From assembly GCA_964354545.1 (NCBI GenBank), contig CAYHAE010000007.1:1-60039 (forward strand): DNA of 60,039 nt. Reading direction: 5' to 3'. This document shows, piece by piece, positions 38,028-47,142 of the stretch. The notes below the pieces were generated by a model that saw nothing but the letters and a program-made list of their open reading frames with translations, was not told the DNA's origin and ran no database searches. The position numbers and the translations under genes are program-made. This DNA comes from an uncultured Planctomycetia bacterium. GTDB taxonomy: Bacteria > Omnitrophota > Gorgyraeia > 2-01-FULL-45-10 > JAHFGN01. The number at the start of each line of letters is the position of its first letter. Within the stretch, counting starts at the first letter, position 1.

Positions 38028-38121
38028 CTCTATCGCGAGGCCGCTAGGGGAGCCTTTTTTATCGTGAGATAGCGACTTTTTGCCCTTGTTAGGGACTAAC
38101 TTTTTGCTTATCCCCCCTATC

Positions 38122-38150
38122 TTGACAATCCCAATTTAATATGCTATACT
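38122..38150 (+). promoter_or_regulatory. Consensus sigma-70 promoter (TTGACA - 17 nt - TATACT) upstream of cvpA
   Basis: -35 at 38122-38127 and -10 at 38145-38150. The ATG at 38163 is only ~6 nt past the expected transcription start, so the mRNA would be nearly leaderless. Confidence 0.65.
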
Positions 38151-38162
38151 TGCAACACGTCT

Positions 38163-38783
38163 ATGGAACTTTTAAGCCAATTAAATTGGGTCGATATTTT
38201 AGCCATAATTCTTTTATTGCGAATAAGTTGTGTCTCTTTCCACCATGGGCTAAGTTACGAATTATTTTCTCTTGCAGGCGTCTTTTTTACTACCGTAATA
38301 GCATTAAATTACTATATAACGGTGGGCGAGTTTCTGTCTCAGAATATCATAGGTTTACCCCTCGCGCTCTCCCAATTTTTGAGCTTCCTCGGCATCGCAG
38401 TCCTCCTGCTCTTAGCATTTCGGGCCCTTAGATCAGTAGTGGGCGCCATCGTAAAGATCGAGTGGCACGCTTTTATTAACAGCGTGGGCGGGTTTATTGC
38501 AGGTGTCGCGAGGTCCTTCCTCACGGTAAGCCTCGTCCTGGTGCTCCTCATCTTGTTGCCTCTTCCGTACATGCAGTGGTCCATTAAGGACAGGTCTCTG
38601 ACGGGCCTCTTCTTTTTGAAGATAGGTCCGATCGTTTATGCGAAGACGCATAAGTTCATCCCGGGCCTTAAAACAAGGGGTGGCCTTGTCGATGCGAATG
38701 CGCTGATAGACGAATTGACCTCTGAGAAGACTCTCGCACTTGAGAGAAAGAAAGAGAAGTCCGAAACTCCTCAAGGGGAGTGA
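38163..38783 (+). CDS. cvpA: CvpA family membrane protein
   Basis: NWVDILAIILLL N-terminus and four hydrophobic helices. About 200 aa. Confidence 0.7.
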   Translation: MELLSQLNWVDILAIILLLRISCVSFHHGLSYELFSLAGVFFTTVIALNYYITVGEFLSQNIIGLPLALSQFLSFLGIAVLLLLAFRALRSVVGAIVKIEWHAFINSVGGFIAGVARSFLTVSLVLVLLILLPLPYMQWSIKDRSLTGLFFLKIGPIVYAKTHKFIPGLKTRGGLVDANALIDELTSEKTLALERKKEKSETPQGE

Positions 38784-39820
38784 TCGATATAAAAAAACTT
38801 CTGGTCGACTGCGACCCGGGCATTGACGATGCCCTCGCTATACTATTCGCGCTCCTCTCTAAAGAGGTAGTGCTCGAGGGAATAAGCGCGGTCTACGGAA
38901 ACGCGACCGTTGAGCAGACTGCAGAGAACGTGCTCAAGGTGTTAGAGCTCGCCAGCCTGAGAAAACTCCCCCCTGTCGCCATAGGGAGTAAAGGTCCTCT
39001 CAAAGGTTCAAGGGTAGAATTACGCACAGCACATGGCCGTGATGGATTGGGAGATACCCGCCTTCGGACCCCAAAAATAAAAGCGTCCCTCGCACGCGCG
39101 GCAGCTGCAGGACGCCCCTTTCGAGGGCAGCGCCTTTCAGACTCTGCATCGCTTTTTGCTGCCCGTATCGGGCCGGGCGCGGCTCATGTGCTTGTGACGC
39201 TTGGGCCCCTCACGAACGTCGCGAGGTTTTTTGAGGAGCGCCCTGACCTCGCCTCGACGCTCGAGGGGATATACGTGATGGCAGGGGCCCTGAGGGTCGA
39301 AGGGAGTGTCACGCGTTGGGCCGAATTCAATGCCTATAATGACCCATGGGCTCTTGACATGGTGCTCGGCTCAGGCCTTCCGGTGACGCTTGTGAGCCTC
39401 GATGTGACGAGGGGCGCGATGGTGGCACGAGAAGACCTCGCGCGTTTTGCAGACGTGGATAACGAACGTGCGAATTTCGTCGTGAAGGCCCTCACGCATT
39501 ACATTGATTTTCACGAAAGCGAACGACGCACAAGAGGCGCATACATGCACGACCCGTTGTGCATGGCATTGGCAATAGACGAAGGCCTCGGAGAGTATGA
39601 AGAGCTGCCCATAGGCGTAGATTGCTCACAAGAGAAGAGAGGCATGCTGTACATAGATAAAGGGAGGCCCGCGGTGCGGTTTTGCAAGAGGGTAGATTCG
39701 GGGAAATTCCTCCGTTCCTTCCTGGACAGGCTCCATGATTTTATCATACCGCACGAGCTCGCGGCCGTTCCGCTACGCAGGCGTAGGCGATACGTACGTC
39801 CTGCAGAAAGGCGATCATGA
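38780..39820 (+). CDS. Nucleoside hydrolase (IUNH family)
   Basis: N-terminal aspartate cluster LLVDCDPGIDDALAILFAL, plus GPLTNVA and HDPL motifs. Confidence 0.85.
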   Translation: MIDIKKLLVDCDPGIDDALAILFALLSKEVVLEGISAVYGNATVEQTAENVLKVLELASLRKLPPVAIGSKGPLKGSRVELRTAHGRDGLGDTRLRTPKIKASLARAAAAGRPFRGQRLSDSASLFAARIGPGAAHVLVTLGPLTNVARFFEERPDLASTLEGIYVMAGALRVEGSVTRWAEFNAYNDPWALDMVLGSGLPVTLVSLDVTRGAMVAREDLARFADVDNERANFVVKALTHYIDFHESERRTRGAYMHDPLCMALAIDEGLGEYEELPIGVDCSQEKRGMLYIDKGRPAVRFCKRVDSGKFLRSFLDRLHDFIIPHELAAVPLRRRRRYVRPAERRS

Positions 39821-40770
39821 AGTTAGGCGAGCTGTATGAATTCGTAATAAGAAAAGGTTTGGAGAACGACCCTCGCACCCCTCGCGAGATAAGAGAGGAG
39901 CTCACCAAGAGGAGGAAGGAGTACAGCGCGTTGAAAGGCCGAGACCGCTCGGCCTATGACAAGGAGAAACTGAGGCATCCCTACGTCGACACACGGATCC
40001 TGTACGGCGATCCCCGGATGGACGTCCGGACGGTGATGGTGGGGATCGACGTGGAGGGACCCGAGCTCCTTGTCGCAGACAGGCTCAACGAGAGGGGGAA
40101 GGGCATCGATCTTGCGATAGCCCATCATCCGGAAGGGGTGGCGCTCGCAGGGTTGCACTACGTGATGCAAATGCAGCAGGATATTCTGAAGAAGTTCGGG
40201 ATACCCCTCGTAGTGGGGGAGGAGATGATGAAAGAAAGGATGGGAGAGGTAGAGAGGTCGCTTTCTCCCGTCAACCATACTCGCAGCGTCGATATCGCGA
40301 GGCTCCTTGCCATTCCGTTCATGTGCGTCCATACCCCTGCAGACAACCACGTGACGACATACCTGCAGACCCTATTCGATAAGAAAAGACCGCGAAGGCT
40401 GTCGAATGTCCTGGAGCTTTTGAAGTCCATCCCGGAGTACAGGGATGCGGCGAAGAAGGGCGCCGGCCCCAGGCTCTTGATCGGCGATCCAAAAAAGGAC
40501 CCCGGCAAGATCTTCGTCGATATGACGGGCGGCACGGAAGGTCCCAAGAAGGTGTTCGCGCGGCTGTCCCAGGCAGGCGTGGGGACGATCGTCGCCATGC
40601 ATTTGGACGAAGCGCACTTCAAGATCGCGAAGGGCGAGCACATCAATGCGGTGATCGCAGGCCACATCGCGAGCGATACGTTAGGGTTGAATCTTCTGCT
40701 GGACTCGGTGGTGAAGAAGGGCCCCCTTGAGATCATTCCCTGCTCGGGGTTTGTGCGAATAGCCCGATAG
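39817..40770 (+). CDS. NIF3-like (GTP cyclohydrolase 1 type 2 / dinuclear metal centre) family protein
   Basis: VMVGIDVEGPELLVA...IDLAIAHHPEG and AGHIASDTLG. Assignment is by motif resemblance only. Confidence 0.55.
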   Translation: MKLGELYEFVIRKGLENDPRTPREIREELTKRRKEYSALKGRDRSAYDKEKLRHPYVDTRILYGDPRMDVRTVMVGIDVEGPELLVADRLNERGKGIDLAIAHHPEGVALAGLHYVMQMQQDILKKFGIPLVVGEEMMKERMGEVERSLSPVNHTRSVDIARLLAIPFMCVHTPADNHVTTYLQTLFDKKRPRRLSNVLELLKSIPEYRDAAKKGAGPRLLIGDPKKDPGKIFVDMTGGTEGPKKVFARLSQAGVGTIVAMHLDEAHFKIAKGEHINAVIAGHIASDTLGLNLLLDSVVKKGPLEIIPCSGFVRIAR

Positions 40771-40934
40771 TTCACCGGGCTCGATCGAAGGTTGACTTGA
40801 AGGTGATCCGCCTTCGCGCTTCGATACGATCGCCGGTATGCTCTTCGACAGATGTCGCCTTTACAGAGGCGAATCGAATAATCGAATAGATGAAAAGAAA
40901 GGTCCCGCGGGCGTGCCCGCGGACGCTCCCATCA

Positions 40935-42695
40935 ATGCCCATTCCGGACCAGGTACTCGAAGAGATTCAAAACAAGGTCGATATCGTTGAGGTGATATCT
41001 GCGTACGTGGCCTTGAAGAAGACGGGAAGGAACTATAAAGGGTTGTGCCCGTTCCACGGTGAGAAGACCCCGTCCTTTATCGTGAGCCAGGAGAAGCAGA
41101 TCTACCACTGTTTCGGGTGCAACGCGGGAGGCAACGTCTTCGGCTTTCTCATGCGGTATGAACGGATGGAATTTCCGGAGGCCGTCGAGTTCCTGGCACA
41201 CAAAGCAGGGGTGAAGCTGCCTTCCCTGTCAGGCAGGGATAAGGCATCCGAGTCTCTGGCTGCTCAGCTCTACGAGATACACGAGCTCGCGTGCACGTTC
41301 TATCAGGACAACCTCACCCGCCACAACGAGGCGATGGACTATCTGCGGGCCCGCGGCATCCAGGGTGAGACTATCAAAGCCTTCAGGCTAGGTTTTGCGC
41401 TGGGGGCATGGGACGGCCTCACCACCTTTCTCAAAAACAAGAATGTATCTCCCGCGCTCATCGAGAAGGCGGGCCTCGCGATACCGAGTGACAGGGGAGG
41501 CTTCTACGACCGCTTTCGAGAGAGGATCATCTTTCCGATATGCGATCAGAGGAACCGGGTGGCCGGCTTTGGCGGGAGGGTGCTCGATTCGAGCGTGCCA
41601 AAATACGTCAACTCGCCCGAGACATACATCTACTCCAAAGGGAAGAACCTCTACGGGCTCAACGTAAGCAAGGAATACATACGACGGAAGAATTATGCGA
41701 TCCTCGTAGAAGGATACATCGACCTGCTCGTCCCGTTTCAGGCGGGTGTGCGGAACATCGTCGCGACCCAGGGCACTGCCCTCACCCAGGACCAGGCCCG
41801 GCTCCTGAAGAGGTCCGCGAAGACCTGCGTCGTCGTCTATGACCCGGACGAAGCGGGAGAGGCGGCGAGCCTGAGGAATCTCGAGCTCTTCATTCACGAG
41901 GGGATCAGTGTCTACATCGCAACGCTCACACAGGGGTATGATCCTGATAGTTACATAAGGGCTTTCGGCGTTGAGGATTTCAACAAGGTCATTAAGGGCG
42001 CCAGGAACCTTTTTGATTACAAGCTGGACGTGCTGAAGTCGCGGTTCAACCCCGCCGAAGTACAAGGGAAGGTGGAGATCGCCTCGGAGATGCTCCCCAC
42101 CATAGCCAAGATAGATAACGCCATATTACAGTCGAGCCTCGTGAAGAGATTGGCCGAGGCCCTCTCGGTGGACGAGGAGTCGCTCCGCGTGGAACTGAAG
42201 AAGGTGAAGCCGGAGTACCGCGCGCATCTCCCGGCTGCCAAGGGTGCATCGACGGATGCGGGCGAGAAGGCGCTGCGGGACGCGGAAAAGATGCTCTTGG
42301 CGCTTATGCTGGAAGAGCGCGACTTTGTCAATCGTGCGAAGGACATCGTGAAGCCCGAGGACTTTTCAGGCCACACGATGCGCGAGATCGTAAGGGCCCT
42401 CTTTGACTCAAGCCCCCAGGGGAAGGGGATAACGCCGGGCAAGCTCCTCAGTCACTTCACCGACAATGAAGAGGCGGGTGTCATTGTGTCAGAGGCGGTA
42501 GCCATGAACGAGGTCATCGTCGAGAAAGACAGGGTCTTTGTCGATTGCATCGAGGCGATGCAGCGCGAACACCTGAAGCGCGAGCTGGAGAAGCTCCAGG
42601 AAGAGATCAAGGTCGCTCAGGCGTCCAAGGACGAGGGAAGGCTGAAGATGCTCGTTGAGAGGTACAATGGCCTCGTCAGGGTAAAGAAGACGTGA
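40935..42695 (+). CDS. dnaG: DNA primase
   Basis: Zinc ribbon [11 protein letters not shown]...CFGCNAGG and TOPRIM EGYIDLL...DPDEAG. Start set at [11 protein letters not shown]; the ORF track allows 40890. Confidence 0.94.
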   Translation: MPIPDQVLEEIQNKVDIVEVISAYVALKKTGRNYKGLCPFHGEKTPSFIVSQEKQIYHCFGCNAGGNVFGFLMRYERMEFPEAVEFLAHKAGVKLPSLSGRDKASESLAAQLYEIHELACTFYQDNLTRHNEAMDYLRARGIQGETIKAFRLGFALGAWDGLTTFLKNKNVSPALIEKAGLAIPSDRGGFYDRFRERIIFPICDQRNRVAGFGGRVLDSSVPKYVNSPETYIYSKGKNLYGLNVSKEYIRRKNYAILVEGYIDLLVPFQAGVRNIVATQGTALTQDQARLLKRSAKTCVVVYDPDEAGEAASLRNLELFIHEGISVYIATLTQGYDPDSYIRAFGVEDFNKVIKGARNLFDYKLDVLKSRFNPAEVQGKVEIASEMLPTIAKIDNAILQSSLVKRLAEALSVDEESLRVELKKVKPEYRAHLPAAKGASTDAGEKALRDAEKMLLALMLEERDFVNRAKDIVKPEDFSGHTMREIVRALFDSSPQGKGITPGKLLSHFTDNEEAGVIVSEAVAMNEVIVEKDRVFVDCIEAMQREHLKRELEKLQEEIKVAQASKDEGRLKMLVERYNGLVRVKKT

Positions 42696-42714
42696 TAGGT
42701 GCGAGGGGATAGTT

Positions 42715-44415
42715 ATGAAGAGGGTTAAGAGGATTAAGAGGATGGCCGCCAAAAGAAAAGAGAGAAAGCGCAAGAAGGCGCTCAAGAAGGCCTCTATACT
42801 TCCGGGACCATCGGTTCATCCCGAGGCCGCCCTCATGCCTCACGCAGCTCCTGAGAAGAGCCCGCTCCACAAGAGAAGGCAGAAAGAGATATCCGATCTG
42901 ATCGCACTCGGCAAGGAGAAAGGGCACCTCACGTTTGAGGAAGTGAACAACCTTCTCCCGGACGATATCGTCTCCTCCGAGGAGATTGACGAGATCCTCT
43001 CTATCTTGGGAGAGGAGCACATCATGCTCGTCGATAGCGATCAGGAGGCCGTCAAGGAACGCACGGAAGAAGAGGGCCCGGAAGAGAAGAAGCCGCAGGA
43101 GGCCAAGGAGCCTGCCCCGAAATTGGCCCAGATCGACGATCCCGTGAAGATGTACCTCAGGCAGATGGGCCAGATCCCCCTCCTCACGAGGGAGCAGGAG
43201 ATCTCGATCGCGGAGAAGATCAAGGAGGCAGAAGCGCAGTTCAGGGCAGTCGTCCTTAAGGCGAAGTTCTCGAAACGGCAGGCGCTCGATATAGTGAACA
43301 AGATACTGAAAGGCGAGATCAACATCGAAGAGTACCTCACGGTGGATGCGAGGACGGGGCCTGCGCGGCTCGACAAGAAGCTCGCGAGGCTCGCCGTGCA
43401 CCTGAGGAAGGTGCGGAACTCCGATGCGATAGGGAAGATCCTCGGAGAGCTCAACCTCACCACGCCGATAGTGGAGCGGATCGTCACGAAGATAAAGGAG
43501 AACCTGGAGGAGATCGACCGGATAAGGGACGAGGTGCAGAGGCTGAGGAAGAAAGGGCTAAAGAAGAAGGCCTCTCGGCTTGCGCACAGCGTGAGGAGGC
43601 TCGAGAGGGAATTCGGGGAGCCGATCGACGCCGTAAGGGCGTCCTATAAGTTGATAAAGTCCAAGGAGGCAAAATATAACAGGGCCAAAAAAGAGCTCGT
43701 TGCAGCGAACCTGAGGCTCGTCGTCTCCATCGCCAAGAAATATACCAACAGGGGCCTCTCTTTTCTCGATCTGATCCAGGAGGGTAACATCGGTCTCATG
43801 AAGGCAGTGGATAAGTTCGAGTATAAGAAAGGGTACAAGTTTTCCACCTACGCGACGTGGTGGATACGCCAGGCGATCACCCGGTCCATCGCTGACCAGG
43901 CGCGGACCATCAGGATACCCGTCCACATGACAGAGACGATCAATAAGCTCATACGGGTCTCGAGGTCGCTCGTCCAGAAGAACGGCAAAGAACCCACGCC
44001 GGAAGAGATCGCCCGGGAGATGAGGATGTCTGTCGAGAAGGTACGGGGCATACTCAAGATCGCTCAAGAGCCCATAAGCCTCCAGACGCCCATAGGAGAC
44101 GAAGGCGACACCCATTTCGGTGATTTCATCGAAGACAAAAGGGCGATCTCACCCGCGAGCGCGACCGCCTACACAATGCTCAAGGAGCAGATGGACGACG
44201 TCTTGAGCACGCTCACTGAGCGGGAGAAGAAGGTGTTGAGGCTGCGGTTCGGGGTCGGAGACGGATACCCGAGGACGCTGGAAGAGGTTGGCAGCATATT
44301 CAAAGTGACACGGGAGCGCGTAAGGCAGATAGAGGCAAAGGCGCTGAGGAAGCTTCGCCACCCCACGAGGGCGAGGAGGTTGAAGCATTTTCTCGCGATG
44401 GGTTTCACCGAGTGA
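42715..44415 (+). CDS. rpoD: Primary sigma factor RpoD with a Lys/Arg-rich N-terminal tail
   Basis: Region 2 ([19 protein letters not shown]...[12 protein letters not shown]) and region 4.2 ([28 protein letters not shown]). GAGGGGA RBS before 42715. Confidence 0.96.
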   Translation: MKRVKRIKRMAAKRKERKRKKALKKASILPGPSVHPEAALMPHAAPEKSPLHKRRQKEISDLIALGKEKGHLTFEEVNNLLPDDIVSSEEIDEILSILGEEHIMLVDSDQEAVKERTEEEGPEEKKPQEAKEPAPKLAQIDDPVKMYLRQMGQIPLLTREQEISIAEKIKEAEAQFRAVVLKAKFSKRQALDIVNKILKGEINIEEYLTVDARTGPARLDKKLARLAVHLRKVRNSDAIGKILGELNLTTPIVERIVTKIKENLEEIDRIRDEVQRLRKKGLKKKASRLAHSVRRLEREFGEPIDAVRASYKLIKSKEAKYNRAKKELVAANLRLVVSIAKKYTNRGLSFLDLIQEGNIGLMKAVDKFEYKKGYKFSTYATWWIRQAITRSIADQARTIRIPVHMTETINKLIRVSRSLVQKNGKEPTPEEIAREMRMSVEKVRGILKIAQEPISLQTPIGDEGDTHFGDFIEDKRAISPASATAYTMLKEQMDDVLSTLTEREKKVLRLRFGVGDGYPRTLEEVGSIFKVTRERVRQIEAKALRKLRHPTRARRLKHFLAMGFTE

Positions 44416-44444
44416 CGCTCCTTCAAAGGCCGGAGACTTTCATC

Positions 44445-45023
44445 ATGAAACGATTCGCAGGATGTGCGGCGGCTGCGCTCGCGCTCGCGGCGGGTCTCGC
44501 CGCTGCAGAGGACTTCTCTGCGGATATAGTGACGACCGGCGGTTCCAGCGTCTTTCAGGGCACGCTCTTCTCTTCAAAGGACAAGACGAGGATCGAAACG
44601 CCCGAGAGCGTCGTCATCACGCGGATGGATAAGAGGGTGGTCTGGGTGCTCATGCCCGCTGAGAATATGTATATGGAACAGCCGTTACAGTCGAAGAATA
44701 TCTTGTACTGCACGGATCTGATCCCGGGTGAGCTGGAAAGGACTTTCGTAGGCACCGATACGGTCGATGGAAGACAGACACGTAAGTATAGAATCGTGTA
44801 CATCGAGGGCGCAGCGCGGGAGACCGTCTTCCAGTGGTTCACGACCGATTCGCACATCCCGATAAAGACGGCGGCTGAGGACGGACGCTGGTCAACAGAG
44901 TACAGGAATGTGCGGGCGGGCCCACAGCCGGGCTCCGTTTTTGAGATCCCCGCGGGATATCGGAAATTCCAGGATGCTGTCCCGGCCCTGCCCGCCTACG
45001 CCGGGAGCGGAGGTGAGGAGTAA
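44445..45023 (+). CDS. Secreted LolA-like / DUF4412-like protein
   Basis: Signal peptide MKRFAGCAAAALALAAGLAAA and a beta-rich body ending in VFEIPAGYRKF, which is typical of lipoprotein-sorting-like folds. Weak assignment. Confidence 0.5.
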   Translation: MKRFAGCAAAALALAAGLAAAEDFSADIVTTGGSSVFQGTLFSSKDKTRIETPESVVITRMDKRVVWVLMPAENMYMEQPLQSKNILYCTDLIPGELERTFVGTDTVDGRQTRKYRIVYIEGAARETVFQWFTTDSHIPIKTAAEDGRWSTEYRNVRAGPQPGSVFEIPAGYRKFQDAVPALPAYAGSGGEE

Positions 45024-45062
45024 AGGGGCGGCCAAGGCGCCCGGTCGAAGGGGTGTTATCGC

Positions 45063-45491
45063 ATGCTCGCCGATCAAGGCAGGATATTCATCGGCAGGTT
45101 CAGATCGAGGGCGGACCTTCTCGAGTCTCTCACAGACTTCTGCGTGAGGGAAGGCATCCGGCTCGGCATATTTTCCGTCATCGGCGCCCTCAGCAGCGCA
45201 CGATTGGGATACTATGACCAGGACGCGAAACAATATGTCGAGTGTGTACGTCTGGACAAAAAGCTGGAGATAGCGTCCTGCATCGGCAACATATCGCTGA
45301 AAGATTCAAAAGTTTTCGTCCATGCACATATAACGCTGGCGGACCTCCAAGGGAAGTGCCACGGAGGCCACCTCATGCCGGGGGCTGCTGTATTCGCGGC
45401 AGAATATTATATCAAAGAACTCACAGGCGGGGTCCTGGAGAGAAGGTCTGACCCGGAGACCGGGCTCAGTCTATGGGAATCGGCCACATGA
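45063..45491 (+). CDS. PPC (DUF296) domain protein
   Basis: The pattern GALSSARLGYYD...FVHAHITLADLQGKCHGGHLMPGAAVFAAE matches the PPC/DUF296 fold signature. Confidence 0.7.
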   Translation: MLADQGRIFIGRFRSRADLLESLTDFCVREGIRLGIFSVIGALSSARLGYYDQDAKQYVECVRLDKKLEIASCIGNISLKDSKVFVHAHITLADLQGKCHGGHLMPGAAVFAAEYYIKELTGGVLERRSDPETGLSLWESAT

Positions 45492-46063
45492 AAATAGTTT
45501 ATACGATGCTGTTCATATCAGCTCTTGTATTTCCTGTATATGCCGGAACTGAAGCAGGCAGGCCGGATGCCGATGCATTTACAAGGACGATCGAAGCGCT
45601 TGGAGTGAAGGATGCGAAGAGCGTTGTGCACACCAGCAAGGCAGGGATAAAAGTTACATGCACCTTTTTGCCGCAAGCCCGCTTTATAGCTATTGCATGG
45701 GTAATAGAGAACCCCCATAGGCAGGTGCTGAATATCACCGGCCGCGATATTAAGCTGTTCGATCAGGCACACGAGTTGAAAACATTGGAGCCGGCCGAAG
45801 CGGCTGATGTGATGTTCCCCAAGACGTACAACCGCCAGCCACGGGATCCTATTTTGACCCCTGATGCGCCGTCTTTCTATCTGCAGCCTGCGCTCCAACC
45901 GCGGTCCCAGGCTGAAGAGAACATATATGCGAGCTCTCTCGATCTTAACAAGACGGACGCTGCCAGGATTACAGGCATGACCTATTATCGGTCGGAAGGC
46001 CGCGGTATCCCTAGAGCCGAGATCGCGCTAAGCGGCGAAACCCTTGCGTTCGATTTCAAATAA
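45488..46063 (+). CDS. Secreted hypothetical protein
   Basis: Signal peptide MKIVYTMLFISALVFPVYAG. ATGA overlap with the upstream gene. No family recognised. Confidence 0.55.
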   Translation: MKIVYTMLFISALVFPVYAGTEAGRPDADAFTRTIEALGVKDAKSVVHTSKAGIKVTCTFLPQARFIAIAWVIENPHRQVLNITGRDIKLFDQAHELKTLEPAEAADVMFPKTYNRQPRDPILTPDAPSFYLQPALQPRSQAEENIYASSLDLNKTDAARITGMTYYRSEGRGIPRAEIALSGETLAFDFK

Positions 46064-46097
46064 AGCCCCCTCTTGCGCCACGGACCGGAAAATCATC

Positions 46098-46126
46098 TTT
46101 ACACTCCTTTAGAAATCGAGTATAAT
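46098..46126 (+). promoter_or_regulatory. Sigma-70 promoter (TTTACA - 17 nt - TATAAT) facing the tRNA / repeat locus
   Basis: -35 at 46098-46103 and -10 at 46121-46126. No CDS follows; the next features are repeats and tRNA-Met. Confidence 0.65.
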
Positions 46127-46136
46127 ATTTCTTTGA

Positions 46137-46245
46137 TTTAATCCCCTCCGCAAAATCCCCGGCTTTCAAGCCGGGGATAGGAACTTGCGGAATGTGATTT
46201 TGCTTCGGGGAGGGAGCTCCGGCCTTTAGGCCGGAGGGGCTCCAC
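46137..46245 (+). repeat. Repeat family X, copy 3 (intact, long form)
   Basis: Hairpin atccccggct-ttca-agccggggat at 46155-46178, followed by cttgcggaatgtgattttgcttcggggaggg and a second hairpin, ccggcct-tt-aggccgg. Confidence 0.85.
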
Positions 46246-46268
46246 TCTGCGGAATGTGTACGTGCTGC

Positions 46269-46434
46269 GCCTCCGGCGTGTCATGGGGGAATTTTTTACT
46301 TCACGGATTGTGCGCCTCGGCAACTAAAACGCTCCCTTGGGTCGCGTTTCGTAACGTTGCCTCGACGTGATTTTTGCTTCATGGATTGTGCCCATGCCAC
46401 GCCTTCGGCGTGTCATGGGGGAATTTTTTACTTC
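46269..46434 (+). repeat. Pair of 34-bp direct repeats (gcctYcggcgtgtcatgggggaattttttacttc) upstream of tRNA-Met
   Basis: Copies at 46269-46302 and 46401-46434. Companion motif ttgcttcaYggattgtgc at 46297-46316 and 46374-46393. Confidence 0.8.
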
Positions 46435-46447
46435 GTAAAAAATTCTC

Positions 46448-46523
46448 GGGCTCATAGCTCAGTCGGTAGAGCAGGAGACTCATAATCTCTTGGTCCTAGG
46501 TTCGAGTCCTAGTGAGCCCACCA
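46448..46523 (+). tRNA. tRNA with CAU anticodon (elongator Met, or Ile2 if lysidine-modified), CCA encoded
   Basis: Manual cloverleaf: acceptor GGGCTCA/TGAGCCC, D arm GCTC/GAGC, anticodon stem GGAGA/TCTCT with loop CTCATAA, T arm CTAGG-TTCGAGT-CCTAG. It lacks the initiator features (no 3 G-C pairs at the base of the anticodon stem). Confidence 0.9.
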
Positions 46524-46754
46524 CTAGAGCGTTTGGTCTTCGGGGCGGATCCCGCCTATCGCCCTCACGGGCTCGGCGGGACCCCGCCAAGCACGAAGTG
46601 CGCCCGGCGGGGAAAGTGCGGAATTGCTTTTCGCCCCTCCGACCCGCTCCATGAATAGAGCGGGCGGGACTAGCGTCCAAACGCTCTCAAAGGGAAACCT
46701 AAATCGGTTTCCCTTTGAAGAACCCTTCCCTTATGTGGAAGAGGTAAGGTTCAC
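46524..46754 (+). repeat. tRNA-3'-linked structured module, copy 1 (231 nt)
   Basis: Starts immediately after the CCA. It has an 11-bp closing helix (agagcgtttgg / ccaaacgctct), then hairpin caaagggaaacc-taaatc-ggtttccctttg, then hairpin gaacc-cttcc-cttatgt-ggaag-aggtaa-ggttc. Confidence 0.75.
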
Positions 46755-46856
46755 GTGAAGGACTCGAAGCCCGCGAGCGCCGACCAACGGGAGGAAAAGG
46801 CCTCTGGCCGTCAGCGAGCGGGCCGGTCCGGAGGCCGGCTCTGACGGCCGTAGGAC

Positions 46857-46882
46857 CGAGTCCTAGTGAGCCCACCACTAGA
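46857..46882 (+). other. Exact 26-bp duplicate of the tRNA-Met 3' end (T-arm 3' strand, acceptor 3' strand, CCA and 5 nt beyond)
   Basis: cgagtcctagtgagcccaccactaga is identical to 46503-46528. No matching 5' acceptor strand lies upstream, so this is not a complete tRNA. Confidence 0.85.
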
Positions 46883-47042
46883 ACGTTCGGGCTCCGGCCC
46901 CAAAAAGTGTGGAATTGCTTTTTGGGCCTCCGCCCCGCAGCCATGGAAATGAAAGCGGGACTAGCGTCCGAACGTTCCCAAAGAGAAACCTACGGTTTCC
47001 CTTTGGGGAACCCTTCCCTTATGTGGAAGAGGTAAGGTTCAC
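46878..47042 (+). repeat. tRNA-3'-linked structured module, copy 2 (short form, 165 nt)
   Basis: Same three helices as copy 1. The closing helix is changed by two compensatory double substitutions (gaacgttcgg / ccgaacgttc). It lacks the ~65-nt internal block. Confidence 0.75.
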
Positions 47043-47065
47043 CAATTTTGCGTTTTAGCGATTTT

Positions 47066-47142
47066 GGGCACTTAGCTCAGCTGGTTAGAGCGCGTGCCTC
47101 ACATGCACGAGGTCAGTGGTTCAAGTCCACTAGTGCCCACCA
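47066..47142 (+). tRNA. tRNA-Val (CAC), CCA encoded
   Basis: Manual cloverleaf: acceptor GGGCACT/AGTGCCC, anticodon stem CGTGC/GCACG with loop CTCACAT, T arm AGTGG-TTCAAGT-CCACT. Confidence 0.92.

Noticed and set aside
38028-38100. Rho-independent terminator after the large YD gene (a T-run at ~38057-38062).
   Set aside because: The sequence upstream of the T-run forms only a weak, imperfect stem, so I could not support a confident terminator call.
46755-46882. tmRNA or a permuted tRNA-like gene ending in ...gagcccacca.
   Set aside because: There is no 5' acceptor strand, no tag-peptide reading frame with a resume codon, and no tmRNA-type T arm. The CCA-proximal 26 nt are an exact copy of tRNA-Met, not an independent gene.
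46448-47142. Integrated prophage or genomic island at tRNA-Met.
   Set aside because: The duplicated tRNA 3' end is real, but only ~330 bp lie between the copies. No integrase, excisionase or phage gene occurs in the window. It is kept only as an att-like scar hypothesis in the findings.
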